A stretch of DNA of 63,777 nucleotides, the filler included, from Octopus bimaculoides (Eukaryota), in assembly GCF_001194135.2 (NCBI RefSeq). It is 5 parts of 5 records of this genome, joined end to end, with 100 filler letters (N's around TTAATTAATTAA, not from the genome) between each part and the next. Parts side by side here need not be neighbours in the genome. Positions count along the whole stretch, not along the records: positions 27,753 to 58,802 come from NC_068993.1; 4 more parts are not named here. The stretch is one strand, 5' to 3'. The translations under genes were made by a program, and so were the position numbers. Below the pieces are notes generated by a model. That model was not told where the DNA came from and did no database searches. It saw only the letters and a list, made by a program, of their open reading frames with translations. How positions within the stretch are numbered: the first letter of the stretch is position 1; every line of letters begins with the position of its first letter. Shown here piece by piece: positions 38,240 to 51,549 of this stretch.

Positions 38240-38335
<96 letters not shown>
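38225..38335. repeat. (GA)n microsatellite
   Basis: Read directly. Confidence 0.97.
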
Positions 38336-39219
38336 AATGTTGTCATAAAAACAGAGATTAGATGGAATATAAATATACAAGATAATAATGTATACAGAAA
38401 GACATATTTAAAGAAATATGTTCAACGTAGCATGGCTGAAATTTAGCCTCTTCTCCTCCACTGTCTACTCTTTGCCATCATAATATCCGCTTCATATATT
38501 ATATTTTATCTGCTAAGAATGAAGAAATAAGACAGTCAGTCAGTTATTTCAACAGAATTGATATGCAAACGTCAACATGCTTCAAAAGGTGGACGACTCC
38601 ATATTTTGAAAGGTGACACACTGTTGTTTCAATATGTCTGTTGTTCGCAAACGTTTGAAAGATTCATTCTTTCTTCATATCTACTTATAAAACGAAAGCT
38701 TTAGATATATTTAATATTTCAACATAAACATGTTTTTATATCTAAACTATCAAAGCTAATTGAAATCTATTAACCAATATCGATTATGTATTATATATTT
38801 GCTATAATCTTATAGCTTTTCTATCGATCTGACACATTATAATACCGTTGATTACAAAACCCAACCTGGCTGTTGTTTTATCGTTTTTTAAGGAATTGTT
38901 CCGAAAAATCTTTGAAGCTATCCATGCTAATGGCTATGTCGGCAGCGTCGACAAATGCTGCTCTCATTCTTTAATTTATTTTTATGTATAAACTTCCCAG
39001 TGTTTATATCTATAAATTCTAATATTTCTTTCTTTTTATTGGATTTAGAAATTTTAGAAAATCAGAAGAAAAAGGTTAAAAATATCATTAAACTTTTATA
39101 GAAAGACTGTTTAAGTTTGTCATAACCTCTCTTGTCTATCCCAGATTATTGTTTTATTTGATGCGAAAGTAATAAAAGCAAATAATGGATTTCAACTGTC
39201 CATTGTTTACTGAGATTAA

Positions 39220-39221
39220 TG

Positions 39222-39294
<73 letters not shown>

Positions 39295-39413
39295 TAACGA
39301 CAACAATAATAATAATAATAGCAGTAACAATATAAACAATAACAACAACGACGATGATGATGATGATGATGATAACAAGAATAATAATGATAATGATAAT
39401 AATTATACTACTG

Positions 39414-39482
<69 letters not shown>

Positions 39483-39515
39483 ATAATAATAATAATAATA
39501 ATAATGATAATAATA
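39220..39515. repeat. Compound trinucleotide tract (AAT)n(AAC)(GAT)n(ACT)n(AAT)n
   Basis: Read directly. It generates the poly-N/D/T and poly-I/S/L ORFs. Confidence 0.97.
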
Positions 39516-40848
39516 TAAAAGAAATGTCTATATAAAATAGACAAGTATTAAATGAAAGGAAAACATTCGTGAAACCGAAACCATTTTAATCGTTGATGGA
39601 CGACCGTAAGTTAAAACGAAAATTCCTCTTTTATAGTTAAATGTTTTATTTCAACTGAGGACAATATAAGTTTCTTTTTATTATTTATTATTATATTATT
39701 GATTGGTTGCATCATAGTTTGGCACCAATCATTATCTCTTCCGAATAAATCTACTTGAAAGAGATAAAAGACGGTGCATGTTGGGAAGGTTAATTTTGCC
39801 CTCAACTAATTATACCCAGCAGCTCTAACAACATAAAATTATGGAAACTTTATGATAAAACAATATCTCTGTTTGAACTTAGAATAAATGGTTACTGCTA
39901 CCGCTGCTGCTGCTGCTGTGGTTGTTGTTGATGTTGTTGTTGTTGCTGCTGCTGCGGTGCCGAAGAAGAGATATTTCAGATTTTACAGCCTAGAATTGTC
40001 ATCCACTCTAATGTATCTCGTGAGACAATGGTAAAGTGGAATTTATAAATGATTTTCACCACTCGACTTTTTGGTTGTATTTATTCCATTTTTAGGAAAC
40101 TCGTTGAAGAATTTTTAAAATTCTAATTTGTTTATTGAATATGGAATATAGTTTGGAATAAAGTAAATTAATTAAAAAAACTGATGACGATGATAATAAT
40201 AATAATAATAATAACAATAATAATAATAGTAATAATAATGATGATGATGATGATGATGATAACGAGGGTGATGACGATGACAACAGCAATTATAATAGTT
40301 TTTGTTTAATGACGATAATAGAAGAGATCACGTTTCGAGTAATTAACGCAGAAGAATTTTGATTAGACTGGAATCATTTTGGTCGTTTTGAGACATAAAA
40401 AGAGAAATGGAACCGATCATAAATGAAGGATTTCTCCAAATTATCCAAGCAAACACTTTGCTGGGTTAACAAACATTACAACTACTCGTATTTTCGGTTC
40501 GTTAAACTGGAAAGTTTATTGAGAAAATTTGCAAAAACAAAAGGACCTTTGTCATATCATATTTTCTTTGACATCTGTATTCCTTGTTTGGAACTTTGAT
40601 TCCAGCCATTCTTGACTGCTAACCTTCGCGGCTTTAATTTCAGTGATTAAAGAAAAAGAAAAAGTAAAAAAAAACCAAAAAAAAAACCGATGCTTTGTCG
40701 TTTAGTTGGAAACTGTGTGTATATAAAGTGAAGAAAAGAGTTATATTTATTTGTATGCAAAAGTTATTGGCGAGCAACTTTAAAGTGTTTGTTGCCTAAA
40801 AAAGTTCTACAAAATCTGCCCAACTTTTTTAATTGAAGTCAGGAAATT

Positions 40849-40903
40849 AAAATCTCAAATATTTCAAACAGAATCTCTCTGTTGTTATCGTCAGTGGATT
40901 CTT
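40849..40903 (-). ncRNA. Degenerate minimal hammerhead-like motif
   Basis: AAGAAUCCA CUGACGA uaac AACAGA gagau UCUGUU u GAA AUAU U UG(A)GAUUUU. Core intact, 6-bp stem II, palindromic AUAU, most of stem I recoverable; a 4-nt insertion follows A9. Confidence 0.35.
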
Positions 40904-40959
40904 GGAGATTAGCTTTGTCTTCATTAGGTTTTAAATTAAGATTATTTCGATTATATCTA

Positions 40960-41150
40960 AAAACTGTCTCCAAGACTAAGACCGTTTCCGTTATGTCTCG
41001 AAGAATGTCTCGAAGGTTTATAGAGTGTCTTGAAGATTAAGACCGTTTCCAGAATGTCTAAAGACGGTCTTGAAAATTACGGGTGTCTTCATAATGTCTA
41101 AAGATTGTTTTCATAAAAGTTAAGAACCTTTTGAAGATTAAGACTATTTC
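40960..41150. repeat. Degenerate tandem repeat built from AAGACCGTTTCC / GAATGTCT(C)GAAGA modules
   Basis: The modules recur several times in a 190-bp span. Confidence 0.6.
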
Positions 41151-42984
41151 CATAAATTCTTTATCAAACCAAATGAAACAGAATTAATTAGGTTGATGAA
41201 AAGAAAAAAAAAACCACTCTTGTATTATTACAACTTCCGTACTGCAAATATGCAATCTCGATTACATTGATTTAAGCTTTACAACAATACAGCGATATTC
41301 TATCTTACATAATCTAGATCTCGATTTGATATGGACGCAGAATGGTCAAGTGATTCAGATGTTTGCTTTGCAAACGAAGGTCCTGGTTTGATAATACTGT
41401 GTGGAATATTGTTGAAGTGTCTTCTCGGGTAGACAAAATCTGTAGAAATCTGGAATCTGAATTATATCTGTAATATAATAGTCCGGTCTCGTCACACTGT
41501 GTCACGTTGTTTCTGTCTGAGAATTACGTTATGGGTACACCCGTCAATGGAATACTCAGACATTTACACGTTAATTCAATGTGTGAGAAAGTTCAGTTGA
41601 TAAAACGACTCAATGGTCTTCGCTGAAACCAATGGAGATCCATTTTAGATGGCTTAATAACTGCTCCTAAAATTCATAAAACTTTTTCTGTTAGATAATC
41701 AATATTAATTGAACACAGAATCAAAAGCAATGAAATGTGGCGTCCACGTTGCGTTATATAAATACACATGACACGTTCGACCATTGCACCAAAGTCAAAA
41801 CCTTCGAATTTCTCTCTCCATCTTCGAAACTTCATTCTTATCAGCAAGAATTGTTTGTTGTTGATGTCCAAAGACTTTAGAAACTTGGACAGAACGTGTA
41901 ATAATTGATTTTGAGACCGGTGAAACTCGAAGCAGATAAAGCAATATATAACAGCGGGTGAATATTAGGTTAAAAAACAATTTTTGGATCGAAAAGTCAG
42001 TGGAAGGCTGCCGATAGGGCTGGAAATATGACAGAGGTTCTACAAAGAATGTAGGTTCGAGTCCCAATGGGATAAGATAGGAATGGCCATTTGAGGGACG
42101 AATGTTTTATTTGCTACACATGAACTGTGACATGATTCTTAATTATTCAAGAAGCTTAGCGTTTCTCTTGGAAGTTTCTAGAATGTCTAGCGTTCCATTA
42201 ATAAAAACAGCTTGCTAACCCTGCTCTTCGCTTCTTAGTCCATTAGACTCAGAGCCATTCACGTCATTTCCATGTCCATCTATTTCTCTACACCACATGA
42301 CTGAAAACTACCACTTAGCTGTTATTTCTATATTTTCTATCTCTGAACTTTCTTGCATAGATTGCTTCATTCAACTAGATGCTACAATTTGATTCTATGT
42401 ATCATCATCGACCAGTAAATAAAATATATTTTTATGTAGTAAATATATAGTTCTTGAATTTATTCTTCATCTCTATATGAACTCTTGTAATAATATACAC
42501 GCAGCGACATCAACACCTTGTACTGACTATATATAACCACTACATAATCATTTCGGGGGAATTGTTTATTTTGATTACAGAGATGATGAGGTCTTAACTA
42601 GGATTAATTCGATCAACAAAAGAATAAATGATGCAATATCGCCTCCTCAGTGTCGTCAATATGATAAGGATAGTGATAATAGCGAGCTGCTCGCGCGCTT
42701 TACAGTGAGTCACAAAGGATCGTGGAAACTTTGTTGTAAGTGAAAGAATTATCAACAACCAAAAATATAAAATCTTTCGTCGGTTAAATCCTGATGCTGA
42801 AAGCAAGGAGGTTTTTGAAACATTATTGGATTTAGGAACGCAATTGTTCTGAACCAAACATAAAAGACTAATAAGAAAATATGAAAAATGGTTAATAAAA
42901 AAGAAATGTTGTATCTTTAATAACAGGTTTGAAAGAAAACAGGCCCTCTTTCTATGTGCATTGTGCACACACATATATACAGTA

Positions 42985-43037
42985 TATAATATAATATAAT
43001 ATAATATAATATAATATAATATAATATAATATAATAT
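42985..43037. repeat. (TATAA)n pentanucleotide microsatellite
   Basis: Read directly. Confidence 0.95.
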
Positions 43038-43990
43038 ATATATAATGCATTACACACGCACAGACTGTTTTGAGATATTTTGGAAGAATAACATGTAATA
43101 ACCGAACGATATGTCTTTTTTTACTCCTCTGACAAGATTTTGCGCAATAAAATGTTTTAATTACTGGAATTTAATTCTTTTGGGCAAAATCGAAACAACT
43201 GTAAGAGAACATGTCGAATTTTTGCAGTTAATAAATTATATTAATGCTACTTCTCCATTTTCTGGATTTTAATTTGAAGAATAATATATATATATATATA
43301 TATATCATCATAAATATACAGGGATTAGCAATTGAGTTGCTTCTCCAACATACTGAAANNNNNNNNNNNNNNNNNNNNNNNNNNNNNNNNNNNNNNNNNN
43401 NNNNNNNNNNNNNNNNNNNNNNNNNNNNNNNNNNNNNNNNNNNNNNNNNNNNNNNNNNNNNNNNNNNNNNNNNNNNNNNNNNNNNNNNNNNNNNNNNNNN
43501 NNNNNNNNNNNNNNNNNNNNNNNNNNNNNNNNNNNNNNNNNNNNNNNNNNNNNNNNNNNNNNNNNNNNNNNNNNNNNNNNNNNNNNNNNNNNNNNNNNNN
43601 NNNNNNNNNNNNNNNNNNNNNNNNNNNNNNNNNNNNNNNNNNNNNNNNNNNNNNNNNNNNNNNNNNNNNNNNNNNNNNNNNNNNNNNNNNNNNNNNNNNN
43701 NNNNNNNNNNNNNNNNNNNNNNNNNNNNNNNNNNNNNNNNNNNNNNNNNNNNNNNNNNNNNNNNNNNNNNNNNNNNNNNNNNNNNNNNNNNNNNNNNNNN
43801 NNNNNNNNNNNNNNNNNNNNNNNNNNNNNNNNNNNNNNNNNNNNNNNNNNNNNNNNNNNNNNNNNNNNNNNNNNNNNNNNNNNNNNNNNNNNNNNNNNNN
43901 NNNNNNNNNNNNNNNNNNNNNNNNNNNNNNNNNNNNNNNNNNNNNNNNNNNNNNNNNNNNNNNNNNNNNNNNNNNNNNNNNNNNNNNNNN

Positions 43991-44028
<38 letters not shown>

Positions 44029-45346
44029 GTATATATGTATATATATACACAGAAACTACATTTTATAATACAGCCATGCTTGAAAGATGTCATACAATTG
44101 AGGGCCATTAGTGAACTGGGAACAATAATGCAATAGTAAACAATGTAACAGTGAACAGTGGTTGGATGGCTGGGGATGCACAGCGTCGGTGGACAACGAT
44201 GTCTCACTGCTATGCAACAGCAACAGCAACAGCAGCAGTAGCAGCAGCAGCAGTTGCAGTAGCAAGTATGTTTGGCTGCTACACCAATAAATAAAATATT
44301 ATTCTATCTGATGTTAGGTAAGTAAATGAACATAAACAACAACAATAACAGCAACAACAAGCGAAGCCAACAAAAGAGAGAAACCAACAAAAGCATGTGA
44401 GGTAAATGAAAGAGAAGAAAGCAATTATTATAGATGGAAGGCGGCTTTGCAGGAAGAAAACATGAAACCAACCAAAATCCATATTTATTAAAAGCGAAGC
44501 AATAGAGATAGCTGCAACAACAGCGGCGGCGGGGGCGGCACTGGTTGGTTTGCTATAAATATTAACAAAAAGCGAGAAAATAGTAGAAAACGATGGAATA
44601 TATTCCCACATTTCGAATTTGCATATCCTATTATTCATGAATAAATTAAGTAGAAAAATATGTGAAGATAGATAAAATAGTTGGAACTGAAGCGGAGCAA
44701 ATATTGGAATTACATTAATAAAATATCTGAAAATAGAGAGAAAAAAAGGCCCCATCTTTATTTGACCTGCAACAACAAAGGAATAACGATGGTATATTTA
44801 TTCGAAATGTAGTGTGATCGGAGGAGATCGATCGGATTACGTAGGATGCGTTATTTCTCTTTGATGATTGGAATCAGAAATTAAAATGTCTTATAAAGAT
44901 AGACAAAAAGATTTGTCTTGTATAAGGTTCTATTAAAAGATTAAAGTTGCTTCAGAAATGGAGCCAGTAGCAGACTTAACTGTTAAAGGCACAGTTTTGA
45001 TTGGAAGTGGCTGGTAGAGAACCACTTGAAACAAAAGTCTTGTAGCTTCGGTGACCAACCTCCTGCAAATGAAAGCTTTTCTCCGAGAATCCGAGGCTGG
45101 TGTGCATGTATTTGCATGAACGATGGCGACACTGCTCTGCCAATGATCAAAAGAAATGGGTGTGAATGTTTCATTAAAAGTATCCAGGATTTTAATGCAA
45201 TTAATACGAGTTTGTTTGTCATAGAAATCTATCTCATATAAAAAAAACAAAACAAAAAAAAGATAACAGCAGCAAAAGACAAGTTGGAACAAATTCAATA
45301 CTGCACTTCGATTGATGCTAAGCTGCCAAAAGAGGGGGATAAAATA

Positions 45347-45397
<51 letters not shown>

Positions 45398-46805
45398 TTA
45401 ACAAGCAATAACCACGCCTCGGATTGACAACAACAACGATATGATGTTGGTGATGATGGTGATGGTGATGATGGTGATGGTGATGGTGATGATAATAATA
45501 ATAATAAATGAAGTTTCAATGAGAAATGTTTAGTGAGGAGTCTATGTCTCGTTATTTCTCTGTAAATTAAAGCTATCAAGATTTAGTCTGTTCAAAAGAA
45601 TGGTCATTATGAAAGGAAGAAAAACCGGTTCTTGGAATACTAATACAATAAAGATATTTCCAAAGAACGGAAACATATTTGCTAATGGACAGATGTAAAA
45701 AAACAAGAATAAAAGAAAAGAAGGAAGACGAAATAGAAAAGCCTTCCCATCGTTGGTGGTTTATTTCTTCTTTCTAATATGATTAAGCGTAAGTTTTGAA
45801 GAAGGCTTTCACATGTAACTGGTTTCATTGACTTTCAACAACTTTAAATATTACATCCATTAACTACTGAAACGAAAGTCGTTAATTTACTTTTGATATT
45901 CTCGAGCCACATTTATAGTTATGGACGCACGCACGCACACACACACACACACACNNNNNNNNNNNNNNNNNNNNNNNNNNNNNNNNNNNNNNNNNNNNNN
46001 NNNNNNNNNNNNNNNNNNNNNNNNNNNNNNNNNNNNNNNNNNNNNNNNNNNNNNNNNNNNNNNNNNNNNNNNNNNNNNNNNNNNNNNNNNNNNNNNNNNN
46101 NNNNNNNNNNNNNNNNNNNNNNNNNNNNNNNNNNNNNNNNNNNNNNNNNNNNNNNNNNNNNNNNNNNNNNNNNNNNNNNNNNNNNNNNNNNNNNNNNNNN
46201 NNNNNNNNNNNNNNNNNNNNNNNNNNNNNNNNNNNNNNNNNNNNNNNNNNNNNNNNNNNNNNNNNNNNNNNNNNNNNNNNNNNNNNNNNNNNNNNNNNNN
46301 NNNNNNNNNNNNNNNNNNNNNNNNNNNNNNNNNNNNNNNNNNNNNNNNNNNNNNNNNNNNNNNNNNNNNNNNNNNNNNNNNNNNNNNNNNNNNNNNNNNN
46401 NNNNNNNNNNNNNNNNNNNNNNNNNNNNNNNNNNNNNNNNNNNNNNNNNNNNNNNNNNNNNNNNNNNNNNNNNNNNNNNNNNNNNNNNNNNNNNNNNNNN
46501 NNNNNNNNNNNNNNNNNNNNNNNNNNNNNNNNNNNNNNNNNNNNNNNNNNNNNNNNNNNNNNNNNNNNNNNNNNNNNNNNNNNNNNNNNNNNNNNNNNNN
46601 NNNNNNNNNNNNNNNNNNNNNNNNNNNNNNNNNNNNNNNNNNNNNNNNNNNNNNNNNNNNNNNNNNNNNNNNNNNNNNNNNNNNNNNNNNNNNNNNNNNN
46701 NNNNNNNNNNNNNNNNNNNNNNNNNNNNNNNNNNNNNNNNNNNNNNNNNNNNNNNNNNNNNNNNNNNNNNNNNNNNNNNNNNNNNNNNNNNNNNNNNNNN
46801 NNNNN

Positions 46806-47273
46806 NGTTTTTCCTTCTAGCGCTGACTTAAGCCACTCAAACTTCTCACAGTAGATCTCCTTTGTTATCGTTTGGTTTGAGTTTAAAATTTCAAAGTGGA
46901 CTAAACCTTTCATATCCACCAAACAAATAACAACACCTTATGTGGGTGAAGACTTTCTTTAGTCTGGGGTGCCGGTGTTTCTCCTTTCCCTAGCCACTGT
47001 CTTTGGTGCTTGACATTTTTATAGAGAACTCATTTCTCATCACCAGTCACTGTTCGGTCCAAAAAAGGTTCATTCGTGAGACGAGACAGCAAAGAAGAGC
47101 ACACATTCACACTCTGCGCGCAATTAGACTCGGAAATTTTACAAGGAACTCACTGACCCAATTTGCTGGCTTTTCCGATGGCACGCAGGTGTCGATGAAA
47201 GGTTGAATGACCAAATACAAGCTTCTCTGCTGGTTCCAAACGGTTATGATGGGATTTTGTTCTACCAGGGTTT

Positions 47274-47274
<1 letters not shown>
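46806..47274 (-). mobile_element. Mariner (DD34D, Mos1/Hsmar1-like) transposase fragment running into a gap
   Basis: LVEQNPIITV..AEKLVFGHSTFHRHLRAIGKASKLGQ*VP..SSLLSRLTNEPFLDRTVTGDEK*VLYKNVKHQRQWLGKGETPAPQTKESLHPHKVLLFVWW(D)MKGLVHFEILNSNQTITKEIYCEKFEWLKSALEGK, then N. Confidence 0.9.
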
Positions 47275-47348
<74 letters not shown>

Positions 47349-48849
47349 CACACAGGCATTATTCCCCCTCGCCCTCACACGGCTCTATTTCCTTTTATTT
47401 CCATTTCATTTCCTTTTCTCCTCTTCTTCTCCATCTTTTCCTCCACTTCCTCCTCTTCCTCCTCCTTTTCCTCTTATGATTGAGTTCTTTCTTGCTTGCG
47501 AACTACTACGATTAGCAGACCGCAACTCTCTCATTTTATCACTTGTCCCTCTTAATGTGTGTGTTTGAGTCTAACGAGTCGTCTATACAGTTAAGAGCTT
47601 TATAGGTGCGAAACCAATGGTCACTCTCTGACCGGCCATAACAAACAACCTCCTCTTTCTTCCTCTCTCTCTCTCTCTGTATATATATATATATACACGC
47701 ATACATATACCTATACAAACATATAGACACAGACATGTATGCATGCAAGCACACATATATAAGTATGTATATATAAACATTTAGTTTTAAAAGCTATCTA
47801 ACGTTTTATATGAATGATATATTGTATTATTTCACAAGTTTTAACATCAGTGGTCAGAAGGTCATGTGATTAAAAGAGGAGCTGAGATTGGTTAATCTAA
47901 TCTATTGTATTAATAGTATGTTCTCAGATTTCCAGACAGCATCGTTGAAATGTTAGTGATTGTAAAATGGTAAACTGCTTATTAGATGTCATACTTTGTC
48001 GAAACAGTTTTCAGATGGGAAGGAGTAATTTGTGAAGAACTCAGAAAATCATTAAGAAGCCAAAAACTGGTAAAATACAGACGAGCATTTTTTGACATTT
48101 CAGATATTCTCGAAAATATAGATTGTGACTTTTGAGTTATTAAATCAACGAGATTTCTGTTGTATTGGTTACAATAACCACAGACTTACACACACATGTG
48201 CACGTACGCATACACACACACACACAGACACAGACACACTCATGTACGCACACGCGCGCACACACACACACGTATAAAGTATAAAGACTCATGCATATAC
48301 AAGACTCACACAGGCACACAGAGACACACGCACACACACAGACTTGTATAAAGATTCATCAATATACAGAACTCATACGCAGGCATACATACGTATACAA
48401 ACACAGATAGATACACGCACGCATAAAGAAACGCACACAGGATGCGCACAGACACAGAGATAGACACACACACGCACACTTTACTGACGGCTGATTACAA
48501 AATGGCGATTCGCTCGTTGCTTAACTTTGTTCCAATTTCATTTTATTTATTTCGTTATTGTAAAAGTTCAGTAATATTTCATAATTTCCGTGCTAAGATT
48601 GAATTAGTCTTCTGTAATCACATCATGGACATAACAACGATGCCAATCTTTATCTCTATCGAATTAAATAGCTTTCGAAATTGATTGGCACTTTTGAAGA
48701 ACTCTTGAATAAAAGTGAAATACTAAGATTTCAAGGATTTTTAGTCGCCAATTAGGTTAGCCTGTCGCTTTATTGATGTTGATGGCAGAGTTGAAAGAAA
48801 ACGGGAACATTCAGAAATAATTTAACATAACCTGTTTATTTATTAAGCA

Positions 48850-49070
48850 GCTTAAACATCTGGGAAATGTCACCAGTTATGATTGTAGGAAGCAGAGTAA
48901 ACAGACACGTCCAAACAGCAGCTCTTCTTCGGCCAACTGCTACAGCACTCTCTGCCGATAAATGGATCGTTCCAGTGGCACGTGTCATCTGATAATGGTA
49001 TTGCCTTTTTGAGAATTTGCCAGCAAATGTCTTCATCTTTATCAACCAGATGGAGGTGTAGTTCCAACAG
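48850..49070 (-). mobile_element. Possible hAT dimerisation-domain relic
   Basis: Across frames DEDICWQILKKAIPLS..ERSI..AESAVAVGRRRA loosely fits D.L.WW...P.LS..ERxFS.AG....RR. Confidence 0.3.
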
Positions 49071-49519
49071 ATACCTATTTAATTCAGAGTTCTATAAATT
49101 TTCTAATGTAGTAATTAAGAGTTTTCATATCAGCAGGAATATGTTCAAATCATCAGAATTGATAAAGCGATAACACTGGCAACTTTATATTCGAAATATA
49201 TTCTTCATTTTAAACCTGTTCTACAGAAATAAAAATGTATTTTGTGGAAGATTCTCATTAGCGAATGGTAAACAGGCAGAGCCGTTAGAGTGGTGTCGGG
49301 TAGAGTGCTTTGTAGTAGACGATCCGATTCATTGTGCTCTGAGTTCTAATGCTGCCGAAGTAAACTTTTCTTTTTGTCGTTTTGGGGACTAGAATCTATA
49401 GCTTATATGTAAATTCGAAACGGAACGGTCTTGCTTAATGACTGTATTTGCGCGTGCGCATATACATACCTGCACACACATGCATACATACATGAGATAA
49501 AATGAAACAATATCATGAA

Positions 49520-49665
49520 TCAATGAGGGTGTTTGTAGGTGTTCATTTGATGTGCTTGAAATAGCAAGCAAATAGCCTTCACATCACCGAGCTTTGCCAC
49601 CTTAAAAATAATACTCTGTATAAAATAGTCCCACAGAAGGTGGTCACTAGTAACCTGGGGTTAAC
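49520..49665 (+). repeat. Repeat family F copy
   Basis: CATTTGATGTGCTTGAAATAGCAAGCAAATAGCCTTCACATCACC..CACCTTAAAAAT..AACCTGGGGTTAA. Confidence 0.55.
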
Positions 49666-51352
49666 CAGCAGCCGCAGCAGCAGTAGCAGCAGTAGCAGCA
49701 GCAATAACAACATGAACAATAATATAATATTCGCCGATTGAAAGCAAAAAATGTTACCAGAGAGTCAAGGGGAGTAAATAGAGATTAGCTGAGGAAATCT
49801 CGAGTAAGTAATGTCGACTTGAGACCCTCTGCCCGCAGCCATATTCATAATCTTGTTATGAGATAACAAGATTAAGAAGATCCATAGTTACTAATTATCC
49901 TCCAACACTAATTAGTCAATAGACTATTAATTTGCCAATAGGCCATTAATTATTAACTTGATGTGAAAGTAAGATTTTTAAGATCTTTTCAAATTTGTGG
50001 CCGTGGAATTTGTATTTGCAATCACCGTTAGCGAACTTCCAAATGTTTCATTTCCTGCCATCATGAAGTTGGTGAGAGAAGGCAGAATTTGAACTCAAAA
50101 CATTAAGTATTGGAACAATTACCACAAGATATCTCGGACGTCCCTCTATCAATTCTGACAATGCACTACCCGGGACTTTATTGAACTAGAAACGATGAAA
50201 TGCAAAGTTGACCTCAGAAGAATTTCAGCTCAAAGATCTTGAACCAATACCACATATTCTGCTGTTTGATGCTTTAACGAGTTGACCTAACGCCGCCAAA
50301 ATAACCTCTCGAAATATCTGTGTTATAACAGCAGGAAATGCAAGATGTCATGTTCTGGAATTTGCCAAGTGTGTTAATGACGGTGGTGAAGTGTTTACAA
50401 AGGCCATTGTAAAGCCACCCCTGCTGCCCGCTCTTTAGCGCTACTTGTCCTCTAAGAATATTTTTATTGCATTACTAAACGGTTGTTAAATTTGACTTCT
50501 TATTACAGTTTACACATTTCTTATGACAAAATGAGTTAATGATTCGTTTCAGGAGAGTAATTTTATTTTTTAATCAAGAACAAATTCGAATTTTATAGGG
50601 AAGCGAGATATAAATATTAATTCGTATTTCAGTATATTACTGGTACTTATCTCTATGTAGAGCTGTACTGCTACAATGTGTTGCCTCAAGGACATTTCGT
50701 CCCACGGTCATGAGTCTATTAATTATGTTAAGTTACCACCGGAAGTGTATGATGTTATATTAACAACTACAACAATCATTAGATTTATAAAACGATATGA
50801 ACTCTTCACTGAAGTGAGATAATATTGTTAGAACTTAGGGGAATCACAACTGACGTTCTGGACTGTATGGAACAATGATACATGATACATAAACTGGCTT
50901 TTCATCCGACCGCCATCATGCAGATTCACACGTATTATACACGTATTATATGTGCGTCTGGACAAATACTGTTGCTCTATGTCAAGTTTCATGGACAGAA
51001 AATATCTTAAAATCTGCTCGGAAAGATGATGAAAAATGTCTCGGAAATATTATAGTGCTCCCGCTGCTTGCAGCAGAGAACGATGACTTCCTATAATGCC
51101 TATTTACACTATGATGGATGGGATATCATGGACAATCCGATATCTTCGTCATTCACAGAGAAGAGCGCCGGTTGTAGGATATGAACTGGAATCTTCTGCA
51201 GTCACTCAGGCGACGGCACCTTACCAACTCATCAAGCTGTGACGTCATGATAAATCAGTTTATTGAATTTTACCGATTCTCTTGGAGATAAGAACCAACA
51301 AAATCTTCAATCATCAACATCAAACGGTAGCGATACTCTACACTCCTACATT

Positions 51353-51405
<53 letters not shown>

Positions 51406-51500
51406 TTGCTTTACAAATCTAAAACAGACAAGTTTGTATTTAAATAATTTAAAAGAAACATTTTCTCTTTCAATTATAAACCAATCTCATTTAGACATTC

Positions 51501-51549
<49 letters not shown>

